Positions 19,970-29,492 of a DNA stretch of 64,000 nt are shown one piece after another. Below the pieces are notes generated by a model. That model was not told the origin of the DNA. It was given only the letters and a program-made list of their open reading frames with translations, and ran no database searches. A program made the position numbers and the translations under genes. Origin of the DNA: Bacteroides sp. CAG:530 (GTDB lineage: Bacteria > Bacteroidota > Bacteroidia > Bacteroidales > Bacteroidaceae); NCBI GenBank assembly GCA_000434735.1, contig FR881281.1, positions 12,777 to 76,776 of the forward strand. The letters are read 5' to 3'. Numbering within the stretch: the first letter of the stretch is position 1; each line of letters opens with the position of its first letter.

Positions 19970-21253
19970 ATGAATATAGAAAATTTGTACAAACATTTTC
20001 TGGAGTGCACAGAAGTTACTACCGATACCCGAAAATGTGTAGCCGGCTCCATGTTTTTCGCTCTAAAAGGAGAGACTTTCAACGGAAACAAGTTTGCCGC
20101 CAAAGCAATAGAAGAGGGCTGTAAATATGCTGTCATAGACGAGCCCGAATATCAAACAGACAAAACCATTTTGGTAGACGACTGCCTGAAAGCGTTACAG
20201 CAATTGGCTAATTATCATCGCCAAACACTGAAGACTCCTATCATAGGAGTAACAGGAACCAACGGCAAGACTACCACCAAGGAGCTGATGGCTGCCGTGT
20301 TAACACGTAAATATAACTTGCTGTACACTCAGGGAAATCTTAATAACCACATCGGGGTTCCTCTTACACTGCTGCGCCTTACCAAAGAGCATCAATTGGC
20401 GGTTGTAGAAATGGGCGCCAGTCATCCGGGCGACATCAAGGAACTTGTAGACATAGCCGAGCCAGATTTCGGAATTATCACCAATGTAGGCAGAGCGCAT
20501 CTGCAAGGATTCGGCTCATTCGAAGGGGTTATTCGCACCAAAGGTGAATTGTACGATTATCTGCGCTCTAAAGGTAACGCTACTATATTTATACAAAACG
20601 AGAATACCTATTTAAATAATATAGCCGGAAACTTGAACTGCGTACGCTACGGACAAACACCCGGATTATTCGTAAGCGGAGAGATGGTAGACTGTTCTCC
20701 GTTCCTTAAGTTCCGCTGGACGGCAGAAGGCACATCACACGATGTACAGACAAGCCTCATCGGGGCATATAACTTGGATAATGTTCTTGCAGCGGTAGCC
20801 ATCGGAAGATATTTCAAGGTAGAAGATAATGATATATGCGATGCCATAGCTTCGTACGTACCTACCAACAACCGTTCTATGCTGAAAAAGACCGACGACA
20901 ACACGTTGATTGTAGATGCCTATAACGCTAACCCTACAAGCATGATGGAAGCTCTGAAAAACTTCCAGCATATTGACGCGCCTCACAAGATGGCAATTCT
21001 CGGTGACATGAAAGAGCTGGGAGAGGCAAGCAAAGAAGAGCATCAGAAAATAGCTGATTATCTGAACAACTGCGGACTGGAACGCATCATCTTGGTAGGA
21101 AGCGAATTTAAATCGACAAATCATCCGGGCACGGTACTCGACAACGTGGAACAGGTAAAAGCAGAGTTACAGAATCATAAGCCGCAAGGATTCTACATAT
21201 TGGTGAAGGGGTCTAACAGCACTAAGCTGTATCAGTTGCCCGACTACTTATAA
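19970..21253 (+). CDS. murF: UDP-N-acetylmuramoyl-tripeptide--D-alanyl-D-alanine ligase
   Basis: 427 aa, Mur ligase P-loop GVTGTNGKTTTKE, MurF-specific N-terminal domain. Confidence 0.9.
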   Translation: MNIENLYKHFLECTEVTTDTRKCVAGSMFFALKGETFNGNKFAAKAIEEGCKYAVIDEPEYQTDKTILVDDCLKALQQLANYHRQTLKTPIIGVTGTNGKTTTKELMAAVLTRKYNLLYTQGNLNNHIGVPLTLLRLTKEHQLAVVEMGASHPGDIKELVDIAEPDFGIITNVGRAHLQGFGSFEGVIRTKGELYDYLRSKGNATIFIQNENTYLNNIAGNLNCVRYGQTPGLFVSGEMVDCSPFLKFRWTAEGTSHDVQTSLIGAYNLDNVLAAVAIGRYFKVEDNDICDAIASYVPTNNRSMLKKTDDNTLIVDAYNANPTSMMEALKNFQHIDAPHKMAILGDMKELGEASKEEHQKIADYLNNCGLERIILVGSEFKSTNHPGTVLDNVEQVKAELQNHKPQGFYILVKGSNSTKLYQLPDYL

Positions 21254-21279
21254 TGCTTATCATAGTATACTAAATACAG

Positions 21280-21320
21280 AAAAGCCATCAGAGTTATAAA
21301 CTTACCCTGATGGCTTTTCT
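21280..21320. terminator. bidirectional terminator between murF and the convergent phosphoesterase gene
   Basis: aaaagccatcag ... ctgatggctttt, with T-rich flanks on both strands. Confidence 0.65.
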
Positions 21321-21334
21321 TGTAATCACGTTAT

Positions 21335-23308
21335 TTATTTCAAATCCATAGTCCAGCGAGTCTTAGGATTACTTGAAAGCACTTTCATACTGAGTTTTCC
21401 GTTTTTACATGTAAGGACAGCTACTGTTCCGTTCTTAACCGACGGACCACCACCAACCAATACGGGGTATTTGCAACCATCAGCTCCCTGCGGATAGAAT
21501 TTGGCAGTATGTGTATGAGCCGCAACTGCAATATTAAATGGAGCACTCTTCAATACTGGTCCCCATATTTCGGAGCATGGCTTATATCGTTCAGGATCGC
21601 CAAAAATAGGAATGTGACTTATAAGTACACGGTTCTTTGCTGACTTAAACTCCTTACTTTTCAGCTCTTTTTTCAAAAATTCCAATTGATCAAGTCGCAA
21701 TTGAGTGAAATCATTCAGACCGGCGTAAACAGGTATCGAGTCAGGTTTATCTTCACCGCAATCAAGTAATACAAAGCGTGTATTGCCACGTGTAAAACTG
21801 CTGTAGGTCTTATTATTATAATAGCCTATCAAACTATGCATTCCCGCCGAATAATGATTGCGTATTTCATGATTGCCACGCAAAAAGATTATAGGCTTCT
21901 CAGCACCGTTAATTGAATCGGCAAGACTATGTATTAAACGAATGGCATGAATACGATTGTTGGGCTCTGCCAAGCAATCGCCATTGAATATCACAAAATC
22001 GTAATCCACATCCTTCACTAAGCTACGCAGATGATTATAACATGCGGCATTATCGTGCAAGTCATTAAATATCACGCACGTAAAGTCTTCCATTTTATCG
22101 GAAGTGGTGCGGAAAGAATAAAACTTAGTACGCAACGTATCCGAACCGAAATGAGCGTCATAACCGCCTTTCTTTAATAGTTCAATACAGCATACACGAT
22201 AATAATAACGAGTAGCCGGCTTTAAGTTGTCTAACTTGATGTTGTTTTCTATATCAAAACAGACCTCCTGTCCATCAAGCAATGTACGGGCACGCTGCGT
22301 ATGCAGAGAATCGGTTCCATATTCTACCCAACAATGGCATACGCTGTTTGTTTGAAACATTACATTCATAGATGTAGGAGTAGCCAACTGTAAATAAGGT
22401 TCAGTAGTAAGCAACTTATTAACAGGAGTTGGCAGCAGTATTTCGGTAAACACCGGACGATGGTCAGACGAAACTGCATCGGCCACAACCGATGCACTTC
22501 TGACTACAGCCGCTTCATTGACATAAGGGCGATAAGAAGCCCAGTTCTTATCTGCATTTCCAGGACGTACCACATCTCCGTTGCGCTTATACACCGCTAT
22601 GTAATCGAGACAAGAGTCGGGCTTATCGGCAGGGAATGTAGCAACCGATGTCTTAGTACAAATCTGAAACTTCTTTGAAAGTGCCTTTATAAAAGCCGAC
22701 TGAGGTATATCGTTCCAATCGCCTGCTATAATAAAAGGCTTGGAATAAGCAGAAGCCACTTTTTCTATTATCGGCAATGAAGCCGCACGGTCTTCATCGG
22801 TCAAAGAAAGATGAGTACAAGCGAATACATAATCTTTAAACTCAGTAACCAGTAAAGTGCGAGCCTCTTCCCTACCGGGCAAAGCATATCTTTTAACATC
22901 CAACGGACGCTGACGCGAAAGAATGCCAACTCCATACTTACCTCCCTGAAAATCAATAGCCGCTCCATAAGTAGCATAATAGCGCATTTCATCGGCTATT
23001 TCGCCCAATCCATATCTACCGACGGTACGGGTTGTAGCACTGTCAACCTCTTGCAAAGCAATGACATCGGGTCTTAAACGTTCTAAACTTTGGGAAATGC
23101 GCCTAAAATCAAGTTTCCCATCCATTCCTTCACCATGACGGATGTTATAACTTGCCACACGAAGTCTTTTTGGGAACCCATATTGCGCAAAAACAGATTC
23201 GGTTTTCCCCAATAACACACAAAAGAGCAATGCCGATAATAGGATACGACAACTTGCTCCACAAAAATTTAGTTTCATATATTTATATTTTGTTCTAAGG
23301 TCTAACAA
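21335..23308 (-). CDS. secreted two-domain phosphoesterase: N-terminal endonuclease/exonuclease/phosphatase (EEP) domain fused to a C-terminal purple-acid-phosphatase-like metallophosphoesterase
   Basis: 657 aa. The signal peptide may start at the internal Met MKLNF. The EEP motifs are LRVASYNIRHG, LQEVD and SDHRPV. The calcineurin-like motifs are GDLHDN, GNHE and AAHTH. Confidence 0.7.
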   Translation of the reverse strand: MLDLRTKYKYMKLNFCGASCRILLSALLFCVLLGKTESVFAQYGFPKRLRVASYNIRHGEGMDGKLDFRRISQSLERLRPDVIALQEVDSATTRTVGRYGLGEIADEMRYYATYGAAIDFQGGKYGVGILSRQRPLDVKRYALPGREEARTLLVTEFKDYVFACTHLSLTDEDRAASLPIIEKVASAYSKPFIIAGDWNDIPQSAFIKALSKKFQICTKTSVATFPADKPDSCLDYIAVYKRNGDVVRPGNADKNWASYRPYVNEAAVVRSASVVADAVSSDHRPVFTEILLPTPVNKLLTTEPYLQLATPTSMNVMFQTNSVCHCWVEYGTDSLHTQRARTLLDGQEVCFDIENNIKLDNLKPATRYYYRVCCIELLKKGGYDAHFGSDTLRTKFYSFRTTSDKMEDFTCVIFNDLHDNAACYNHLRSLVKDVDYDFVIFNGDCLAEPNNRIHAIRLIHSLADSINGAEKPIIFLRGNHEIRNHYSAGMHSLIGYYNNKTYSSFTRGNTRFVLLDCGEDKPDSIPVYAGLNDFTQLRLDQLEFLKKELKSKEFKSAKNRVLISHIPIFGDPERYKPCSEIWGPVLKSAPFNIAVAAHTHTAKFYPQGADGCKYPVLVGGGPSVKNGTVAVLTCKNGKLSMKVLSSNPKTRWTMDLK

Positions 23309-23412
23309 AAATCAAAAAAATATAGTCCTGTACCAAACAGGAACTATTTAAATTAGGTTAACGTGAGCTTTAAAATAAAGCCGAATAAAATTGGAATTTT
23401 GATTTTTTGCAA

Positions 23413-23516
23413 CAAAGTTGTCTTACTTCGACCGAAGTAAGCACGTTGACCGTTCGATGTGAACGTTTACTTCGGTCGAAGTAAGCGTTCACATCGGTCG
23501 AAGTAAGACGACTTTG
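23413..23516. repeat. 104-bp complex nested palindromic element built on CTTACTTCG/CGAAGTAAG 9-mers
   Basis: The outer 22-bp arms (caaagttgtcttacttcgaccg / cggtcgaagtaagacgactttg) match with 1 mismatch. Inner palindromes are cttacttcgaccgaagtaag and gatgtgaacg..tttacttcggtcgaagtaag..cgttcacatc. It lies between the metF stop and the upstream gene start. Confidence 0.65.
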
Positions 23517-23533
23517 TTTAAATGTTCATAAGA

Positions 23534-24523
23534 TTAGAATACCTCTTTAGCTACACGGCGCACACTGTCCGAAGCTAAGAATGTATAGAAGTGAAGGCCT
23601 TTAACACCATGAGCTATAAGGTCTTTACATTGCGCAATACACCACTCCACTCCAACTTCCTTGGCTTCTTCGTCGGTCTTACATTTATAGAGTTCAGAAG
23701 CAAATGGCTCTGGAATATCCGAACGGAACACGCGCGGAAGTACAGTCAACTGATTTTTCAAGACAACAGGCTTAATGCCCGGAATAATAGGAACGTTAAT
23801 GCCTTCGGCACGGCAACGGTCGACGAACGCATAATACTTGCTATTGTCGAAAAACATCTGGGTAACCAAATAATCGGCTCCATTGCGTACTTTCTCTTTA
23901 GCATAATACAAATCTGTCTCCATGTTTGGAGCTTCTTCATGCTTTTCGGGATAACATGCCATACCGTAAGAGAACGGAGTTTCAATTCCCTCTAACTTAG
24001 AACCGTCGAGCGCAACACCATCGTTGAAACGATTCACCTGCGCCTGAAGGTCGCTTGCGTATTCGTTATAAAGTGAAAGCTTCTCTTTAGGAATATCCAA
24101 TCCTTTAGAATCGCCACGAAGTAGCAATAAATTGTTTATTCCCAAAAAGTTCAAGTCAAGAAGAGCGTATTCAGTCTCTTCCTTAGTGAATCCCTTACAT
24201 ATAATATGAGGCACCGCCTGTATGCCATACTTATACTGGATAGCAGCGGCTACAGCCACAGTACCTGGACGCTTACGCACATTTTCCTTACGCAGAGTGC
24301 CGTCGGGCAATGTCTTATAGATAGTCTCACTATGATGAGAAGTGATGTTGATATACTTAGGGTCGAATTCTCTCAGTTTATCAACTACATTATATACTTT
24401 CTGTATGCTATTTCCTTTCAAGGGAGGTAATATCTCGAAAGAAAAAGTCGGGTTCTTTCCGCTTTCTATAAAATCCGCTACTTTCATATCTCGTTTTTGT
24501 TTATAGCGGCAAAGATAATCCAT
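23534..24523 (-). CDS. metF: 5,10-methylenetetrahydrofolate reductase
   Basis: 329 aa, MetF TIM-barrel motifs (FSFEILPP..., QMFFD). The true start may be the internal MKVADF (24487). Confidence 0.85.
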   Translation of the reverse strand: MDYLCRYKQKRDMKVADFIESGKNPTFSFEILPPLKGNSIQKVYNVVDKLREFDPKYINITSHHSETIYKTLPDGTLRKENVRKRPGTVAVAAAIQYKYGIQAVPHIICKGFTKEETEYALLDLNFLGINNLLLLRGDSKGLDIPKEKLSLYNEYASDLQAQVNRFNDGVALDGSKLEGIETPFSYGMACYPEKHEEAPNMETDLYYAKEKVRNGADYLVTQMFFDNSKYYAFVDRCRAEGINVPIIPGIKPVVLKNQLTVLPRVFRSDIPEPFASELYKCKTDEEAKEVGVEWCIAQCKDLIAHGVKGLHFYTFLASDSVRRVAKEVF

Positions 24524-24638
24524 AGGATACTAAGTACAAATATAGCACCATAAATTTGGTAAATACATCTACAAAACGCCAAAATAGGCGGCTTAAACAG
24601 AATAATATTCTAAAAACATGCGTTTTATCAGAAACACG

Positions 24639-25112
24639 CTAAATATGAATTCCGTAATCATGCTTTACTTCGTGCATTACGAAGGTACTTTCTATAGAGC
24701 CTAAACTGTCTATTCTTCCAAGTACGTTAAGAATGAATTCCTGATAATACTTCATATTCGGAGAATGAATTTTAAGAAGATAATCGAAACTGCCCGAAAT
24801 GTTATAGCATTCGGTCACTTCGGGTATATCTTGCACCACTTTCGCAAAGTCGGCAGCTATATCGTGATTCATGCGGCGAAGCTTCACATTGCAAAACACT
24901 ACAAATCCCTGATTAAGTTTGTCCGCGTCGAGCACGGCTATATACTTCTTTATATAACCATTGTTTTCCAAACGTTTCAAACGCTCGAATACGGGGGTTG
25001 AAGAAAGGCTGACGCGAGCAGCTAACTCTTTTGTGGTAAGTCGGGCATTCTCCTGTAAAGTACGAAGTATCTGCAAATCGACCTTATCTAATTTTTCATT
25101 TAATGCAGCCAT
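24639..25112 (-). CDS. Lrp/AsnC-family transcriptional regulator
   Basis: 157 aa. The N-terminal HTH is LDKVDLQILRTLQENARLTTKELAARVSLSSTPVFERLKRLE, and the C-terminal RAM domain follows. It is divergent from metY. Confidence 0.85.
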   Translation of the reverse strand: MAALNEKLDKVDLQILRTLQENARLTTKELAARVSLSSTPVFERLKRLENNGYIKKYIAVLDADKLNQGFVVFCNVKLRRMNHDIAADFAKVVQDIPEVTECYNISGSFDYLLKIHSPNMKYYQEFILNVLGRIDSLGSIESTFVMHEVKHDYGIHI

Positions 25113-25300
25113 AAGAATAATTTTCTGCCAAGCAGGGTTCTAAAAGGTTTATATTGATTATATTTTCTTCTACACATGGCAAAAATAGTGATTATATCTT
25201 TATTTCAAAAGAATATTGGTCGAAACATCTGCATACCATAACTTTGCAACCGAAGATAAAACAAAACGATAACGAAATATAAATTTAAAACAATACAACT

Positions 25301-26587
25301 ATGGCAACAGACAAATTACACTTCGAGACTCTACAACTTCATGTAGGACAGGAACAGGCAGACCCAGCAACCGACTCTCGCGCTGTACCTATTTATCAAA
25401 CTACATCGTATGTATTCCATAACTCAGCTCACGCAGCAGCACGTTTCGGTTTGCAAGACCCAGGAAACATCTACGGACGACTGACTAACTCAACCCAAGA
25501 CGTATTTGAACGCCGTGTGGCAGCGCTCGAAGGAGGTGTAGCCGGATTGGCTGTAGCATCGGGCGCAGCGGCTATAACCTATACGTTCTTGAACATCACT
25601 AAACAAGGTGATCATATCGTGGCAGCCAAGACAATTTACGGCGGAAGCTATAACTTGCTTGAGCATACACTGCCCACATACGGAGTGAACACTACATTCG
25701 TAGATCCGTCTGATTTGAACAATTTCGAAAAAGCTATTCAAGACAATACAAAAGCTATATTCATAGAAACATTGGGCAACCCCAATTCAAACATCATTAA
25801 CATTGAAGAGGTAGCCAAGATTGCTCACAGTCACAAGATACCTCTTATTATAGACAACACCTTCGGTACCCCGTTCCTGATTCGCCCGATAGAGCACGGA
25901 GCAGATATCGTTGTACACTCTGCTACTAAATTCATCGGCGGACACGGTACTTCATTAGGCGGTGTAATCGTTGACTCAGGTAAATTCGACTGGGTAGCAT
26001 CCGGCAAATTCCCGCAGCTTACCGAGCCCGACCCAAGCTATCACGGAGTGAAATTTGTAGACGCTGCCGGTCCTGCCGCATTCGCTATCCGCACACGTGC
26101 CATCTTGCTTCGTGACACCGGAGCAGCTATCAGCCCGTTCAACGCTTTCATCCTGTTGCAGGGACTTGAAACACTTTCGTTGCGTGTAGAACGCCACGTG
26201 TCTAACGCACTGAAGGTAGTGGACTTCTTGAAAAATCATCCGAAAGTAAACAAAGTAAATCACCCGTCGCTACCGGAACATCCCGACCATGCTTTGTATC
26301 AGGAGTACTTCCCTAACGGAGCCGGCTCTATCTTTACTTTCGAAATAAAGGGAGGACAGGAAGAAGCATTCAGATTCATCGACAATCTGAAGATATTCTC
26401 ACTGCTTGCCAATGTAGCCGACGTTAAATCGCTCGTCATCCATCCGGCCAGCACTACACACTCTCAGTTGAACGAACAGGAATTGGCAGAGCAAGATATC
26501 ACTCCGGGCACAATCCGTCTTTCTATCGGTACAGAACATATAGACGACTTGATAGCTGACCTCAGCCAGGCTCTCGATAAAATCTAA
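25301..26587 (+). CDS. metY: O-acetylhomoserine aminocarboxypropyltransferase (O-acetylhomoserine sulfhydrylase), PLP-dependent
   Basis: 428 aa, Cys/Met-metabolism PLP enzyme motifs ([16 protein letters not shown]). Confidence 0.9.
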   Translation: MATDKLHFETLQLHVGQEQADPATDSRAVPIYQTTSYVFHNSAHAAARFGLQDPGNIYGRLTNSTQDVFERRVAALEGGVAGLAVASGAAAITYTFLNITKQGDHIVAAKTIYGGSYNLLEHTLPTYGVNTTFVDPSDLNNFEKAIQDNTKAIFIETLGNPNSNIINIEEVAKIAHSHKIPLIIDNTFGTPFLIRPIEHGADIVVHSATKFIGGHGTSLGGVIVDSGKFDWVASGKFPQLTEPDPSYHGVKFVDAAGPAAFAIRTRAILLRDTGAAISPFNAFILLQGLETLSLRVERHVSNALKVVDFLKNHPKVNKVNHPSLPEHPDHALYQEYFPNGAGSIFTFEIKGGQEEAFRFIDNLKIFSLLANVADVKSLVIHPASTTHSQLNEQELAEQDITPGTIRLSIGTEHIDDLIADLSQALDKI

Positions 26588-26622
26588 ATCCCGACCTGCA
26601 ATGTCAAAATCCTGACGGAAAT

Positions 26623-26661
26623 AAAAAAGCAGTACTGCAAAACATACAGTTCTGCTTTTTT
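26623..26661 (+). terminator. rho-independent terminator after metY
   Basis: aaaaagcagtactg ... cagttctgcttttttc. Confidence 0.6.
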
Positions 26662-27037
26662 CATATCTAATCAGCACAACCGATTAATTCATGAAGTCTT
26701 TATATATTTGGTAATAAATATCAGACCATCCTTCTTCTATATTATTTCGCAACCAATCGCCCACCTGCGGATGGCGGTCAATAAAACTTATAATATCGGG
26801 GTTGTAACGTGTGCCCGCATCCTTCCGGAATTCTTTCATTACAGAATCGAAGTTCTTATCCGCATAACTATCATGCCGATATTCTCAAGTAGTGGAACGG
26901 CATACCCGAGGGAATGACAGAAAATTCGCCAAACCGCAGATGGGAAGATGGCATACCGCAGATAAACAGATGGAAATGGATTATCCCCGATGCCGAAAGC
27001 GATACGTTTACAAATGAATAAAAGGATATCTCATTAA

Positions 27038-27086
27038 ATAAAACAAGCAGGAGCCCATCGTCAGTAATGATGAGTTCCTGCTTGTT
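27038..27086. terminator. terminator hairpin (perfect 13-bp stem) downstream of lrgB on the minus strand
   Basis: aaaacaagcagga ... tcctgcttgtttt with T-rich flanks on both strands. Confidence 0.65.
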
Positions 27087-27164
27087 TTATTTATACTTGA
27101 AGCTACGGCCTACTTTAACAAACCAATATCCGTAGCAAATATTATGCAAGGTGAATCAAAATAA

Positions 27165-27860
27165 TCAATACAGGCCAAGCAATCGTAACATAGTAGGAGT
27201 AAGCAAAGCTGTAAGAATACCGTTCAGCGTAAGTCCTAAGCTGGCGTATGCTCCGTATTTACCGCTCACTTCCATGGCACGCGAAGTACCTACGGCATGC
27301 GAAGCCGTACCCATGGAAAGTCCCTGAGCAATAGGACTGCCTACACGCCCTACCTGAAGCACCTTAAATCCGCATACGGCACCAAACAAACCTACCACCA
27401 CAACTACAGCAGCGGTAAGCGAAGGAATGCCGCCCACAGCACCCGATACCTCCATGGCGATAGGGGTAGTAACCGACTTAGGAGCCAACGACATGATAAC
27501 CTCTGGCGTAGCACCCATCCATTTTGCGATGAACACCACCGATACCAATCCTACCAAACAGCCTGCCAACTGCGAAACGATAATAGGCATAAGCTGCTTC
27601 TTTATCATACGGAGCTGCAAATAAAGAGGAACTCCCAATGCCACTACCGCAGGTTTCAGCCAAAACTCAATCAATGAGCCTGCTTCATAATACTTTTCAT
27701 AAGAAATATCCGTAAACTTGAGAAAGCATATCAGCATAGCGATAGCTATCAATATCGGATTCAATATTAACAATCCTGTTTTTTTCTGCAAAAGCTTCGC
27801 CAAGAAGAAAGAACCGAATGTGATGGCGAGCAAAAAGAATTTACTTTCTAAATAATCCAT
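27165..27860 (-). CDS. lrgB: LrgB-family membrane protein
   Basis: 231 aa polytopic membrane protein, LrgB-like. Overlaps lrgA by 20 nt. Confidence 0.85.
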   Translation of the reverse strand: MDYLESKFFLLAITFGSFFLAKLLQKKTGLLILNPILIAIAMLICFLKFTDISYEKYYEAGSLIEFWLKPAVVALGVPLYLQLRMIKKQLMPIIVSQLAGCLVGLVSVVFIAKWMGATPEVIMSLAPKSVTTPIAMEVSGAVGGIPSLTAAVVVVVGLFGAVCGFKVLQVGRVGSPIAQGLSMGTASHAVGTSRAMEVSGKYGAYASLGLTLNGILTALLTPTMLRLLGLY

Positions 27861-28191
27861 ACTTTCTAACTAATTGATGTACCCAACCTGTAACTACCAA
27901 AACTAACACCGTGCTGACCAACGTAGCTACTACTATCGGCCAAAACTGAGCTTCGATTATATCGAAATAAAGCATCAGCGCCACGCCCGAAGGCACGAAA
28001 AAGAAGCCCAAGTTAGCGACTAAGAAATCGGACAAGCCTTGCACCCAATGCAGCTTGACCCATCCCAACTGAAGAAACAAAGTAAGTAAAAGCATCCCGA
28101 TAATACTTGACGGGAGCTTGATGCCCGTGAGGTAAACTATCAGTTCACCCAAGGCCAAACATCCGAAAAGGATGGTACATTGACGAATCAT
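27841..28191 (-). CDS. lrgA: CidA/LrgA-family holin-like membrane protein
   Basis: 116 aa, 4 TM helices, upstream of lrgB. Confidence 0.8.
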   Translation of the reverse strand: MIRQCTILFGCLALGELIVYLTGIKLPSSIIGMLLLTLFLQLGWVKLHWVQGLSDFLVANLGFFFVPSGVALMLYFDIIEAQFWPIVVATLVSTVLVLVVTGWVHQLVRKYGLFRK

Positions 28192-28338
28192 ACCTATTGA
28201 ATTTATTATAGTTCTATTACCTTGAAAACAATTGCAAAATTAGAGATTCATGAGAAACCTTATCATTTAAGGTGTGAAATTTAAATAAACTGCTATCAAA
28301 CATGTATAATTTATATTGTTTACACTAAAAATATCTGG

Positions 28339-28376
28339 TTTTTGCAAACTTGATATTGCAAAAATGACTACTTTTG
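28339..28376 (+). promoter_or_regulatory. candidate pta-ackA promoter: 9-bp inverted repeat TTTTTGCAA-N8-TTGCAAAAA followed by -7 element tacttttg
   Basis: Inverted repeat arms at 28339-28347 and 28356-28364. TAnnTTTG at 28369-28376, 74 nt before the pta ATG. Confidence 0.35.
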
Positions 28377-28449
28377 CATCGTGATAGTAATATCTGTTAC
28401 CGCACACGAAATTGAGAAACATACAATATTTAAATTTATATATTAAGTC

Positions 28450-29460
28450 ATGGATTTAATCAGTCAAATCGTAGAACGCGCTAAAGCAAACAAACAGCGC
28501 ATCGTACTTCCTGAAGGTACAGAAGAACGTACATTGAAAGCTGCCAATCAGATATTGACAGACGGAGTAGCCGACCTTATTTTATTAGGTAACCCTGATG
28601 AAATAATGGGACTTGCTAAAGAATGGGGTCTTGGAAATATCAACAAAGCCACAATCATCGATCCTGAAAACCACGAGAAAAAAGAAGAATACGCTCAGTT
28701 GCTTTGCGAACTGCGCAAGAAAAAAGGCATGACTATCGAAGAAGCTCGCAAATTGGTAGTTGATCCTTTGTATTTAGGATGCCTTATTATCAAGGCTGGC
28801 GACGCTGACGGTCAGTTGGCTGGCGCACGCAACACTACAGGTAATGTATTGCGTCCTGCATTGCAGATTATCAAAACAGCTCCGGGCATTACTTGCGTAT
28901 CAGGTGCAATGTTGCTCCTTACTCACGCTCCTGAATGCGGTGACAATGGCGTATTGGTTATGGGCGACGTAGCCGTTACTCCGGTGCCTGATGCAAACCA
29001 GTTGGCACAGATCGCTATCTGTACTGCACGCACTGCTTCAGCTGTTGCAGGTCTCGACCCACGCGTAGCTATGTTGAGCTTCTCTACAAAGGGCTCTGCA
29101 AAACACGAAGTTGTAGACAAGGTAGTAGAAGCACTTCACATCGCACAAGAAATGGATCCGGCTTTGAAGATAGACGGCGAATTGCAGGCTGACGCAGCTT
29201 TGGTTCCAAGAATCGGCGAAAGCAAAGCTCCAGGTTCTCTCATCGCAGGACACGCTAACGTATTGGTAGTACCTTCACTCGAAGTTGGTAACATCTCTTA
29301 TAAATTGGTAGAACGCTTAGGACACGCTACAGCTATCGGTCCTATCTTGCAGGGTATCGCTCGCCCGGTTAACGACTTGTCACGCGGTTGCTCTATCGAC
29401 GATGTTTATAAGATGATCGCCATTACAGCTAACCAGGCTATCGCTGCAAAAGCTCAATAA
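28450..29460 (+). CDS. pta: phosphate acetyltransferase
   Basis: 336 aa, PTA/PTB family, conserved through the C-terminus. Confidence 0.95.
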   Translation: MDLISQIVERAKANKQRIVLPEGTEERTLKAANQILTDGVADLILLGNPDEIMGLAKEWGLGNINKATIIDPENHEKKEEYAQLLCELRKKKGMTIEEARKLVVDPLYLGCLIIKAGDADGQLAGARNTTGNVLRPALQIIKTAPGITCVSGAMLLLTHAPECGDNGVLVMGDVAVTPVPDANQLAQIAICTARTASAVAGLDPRVAMLSFSTKGSAKHEVVDKVVEALHIAQEMDPALKIDGELQADAALVPRIGESKAPGSLIAGHANVLVVPSLEVGNISYKLVERLGHATAIGPILQGIARPVNDLSRGCSIDDVYKMIAITANQAIAAKAQ

Positions 29461-29492
29461 ATAACCAATAAGAATAAAATAAAGAATTAGAT

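Noticed and set aside
23413-23516. Large palindrome as the metF rho-independent terminator
   Set aside because: No T-tract follows it on the metF (minus) strand, and the structure is far larger and more nested than a terminator. It is kept as a separate repeat element.
26708-26917. 69-aa plus-strand ORF between metY and lrgB
   Set aside because: No start context or similarity. The region more likely holds a minus-strand gene remnant (see findings).
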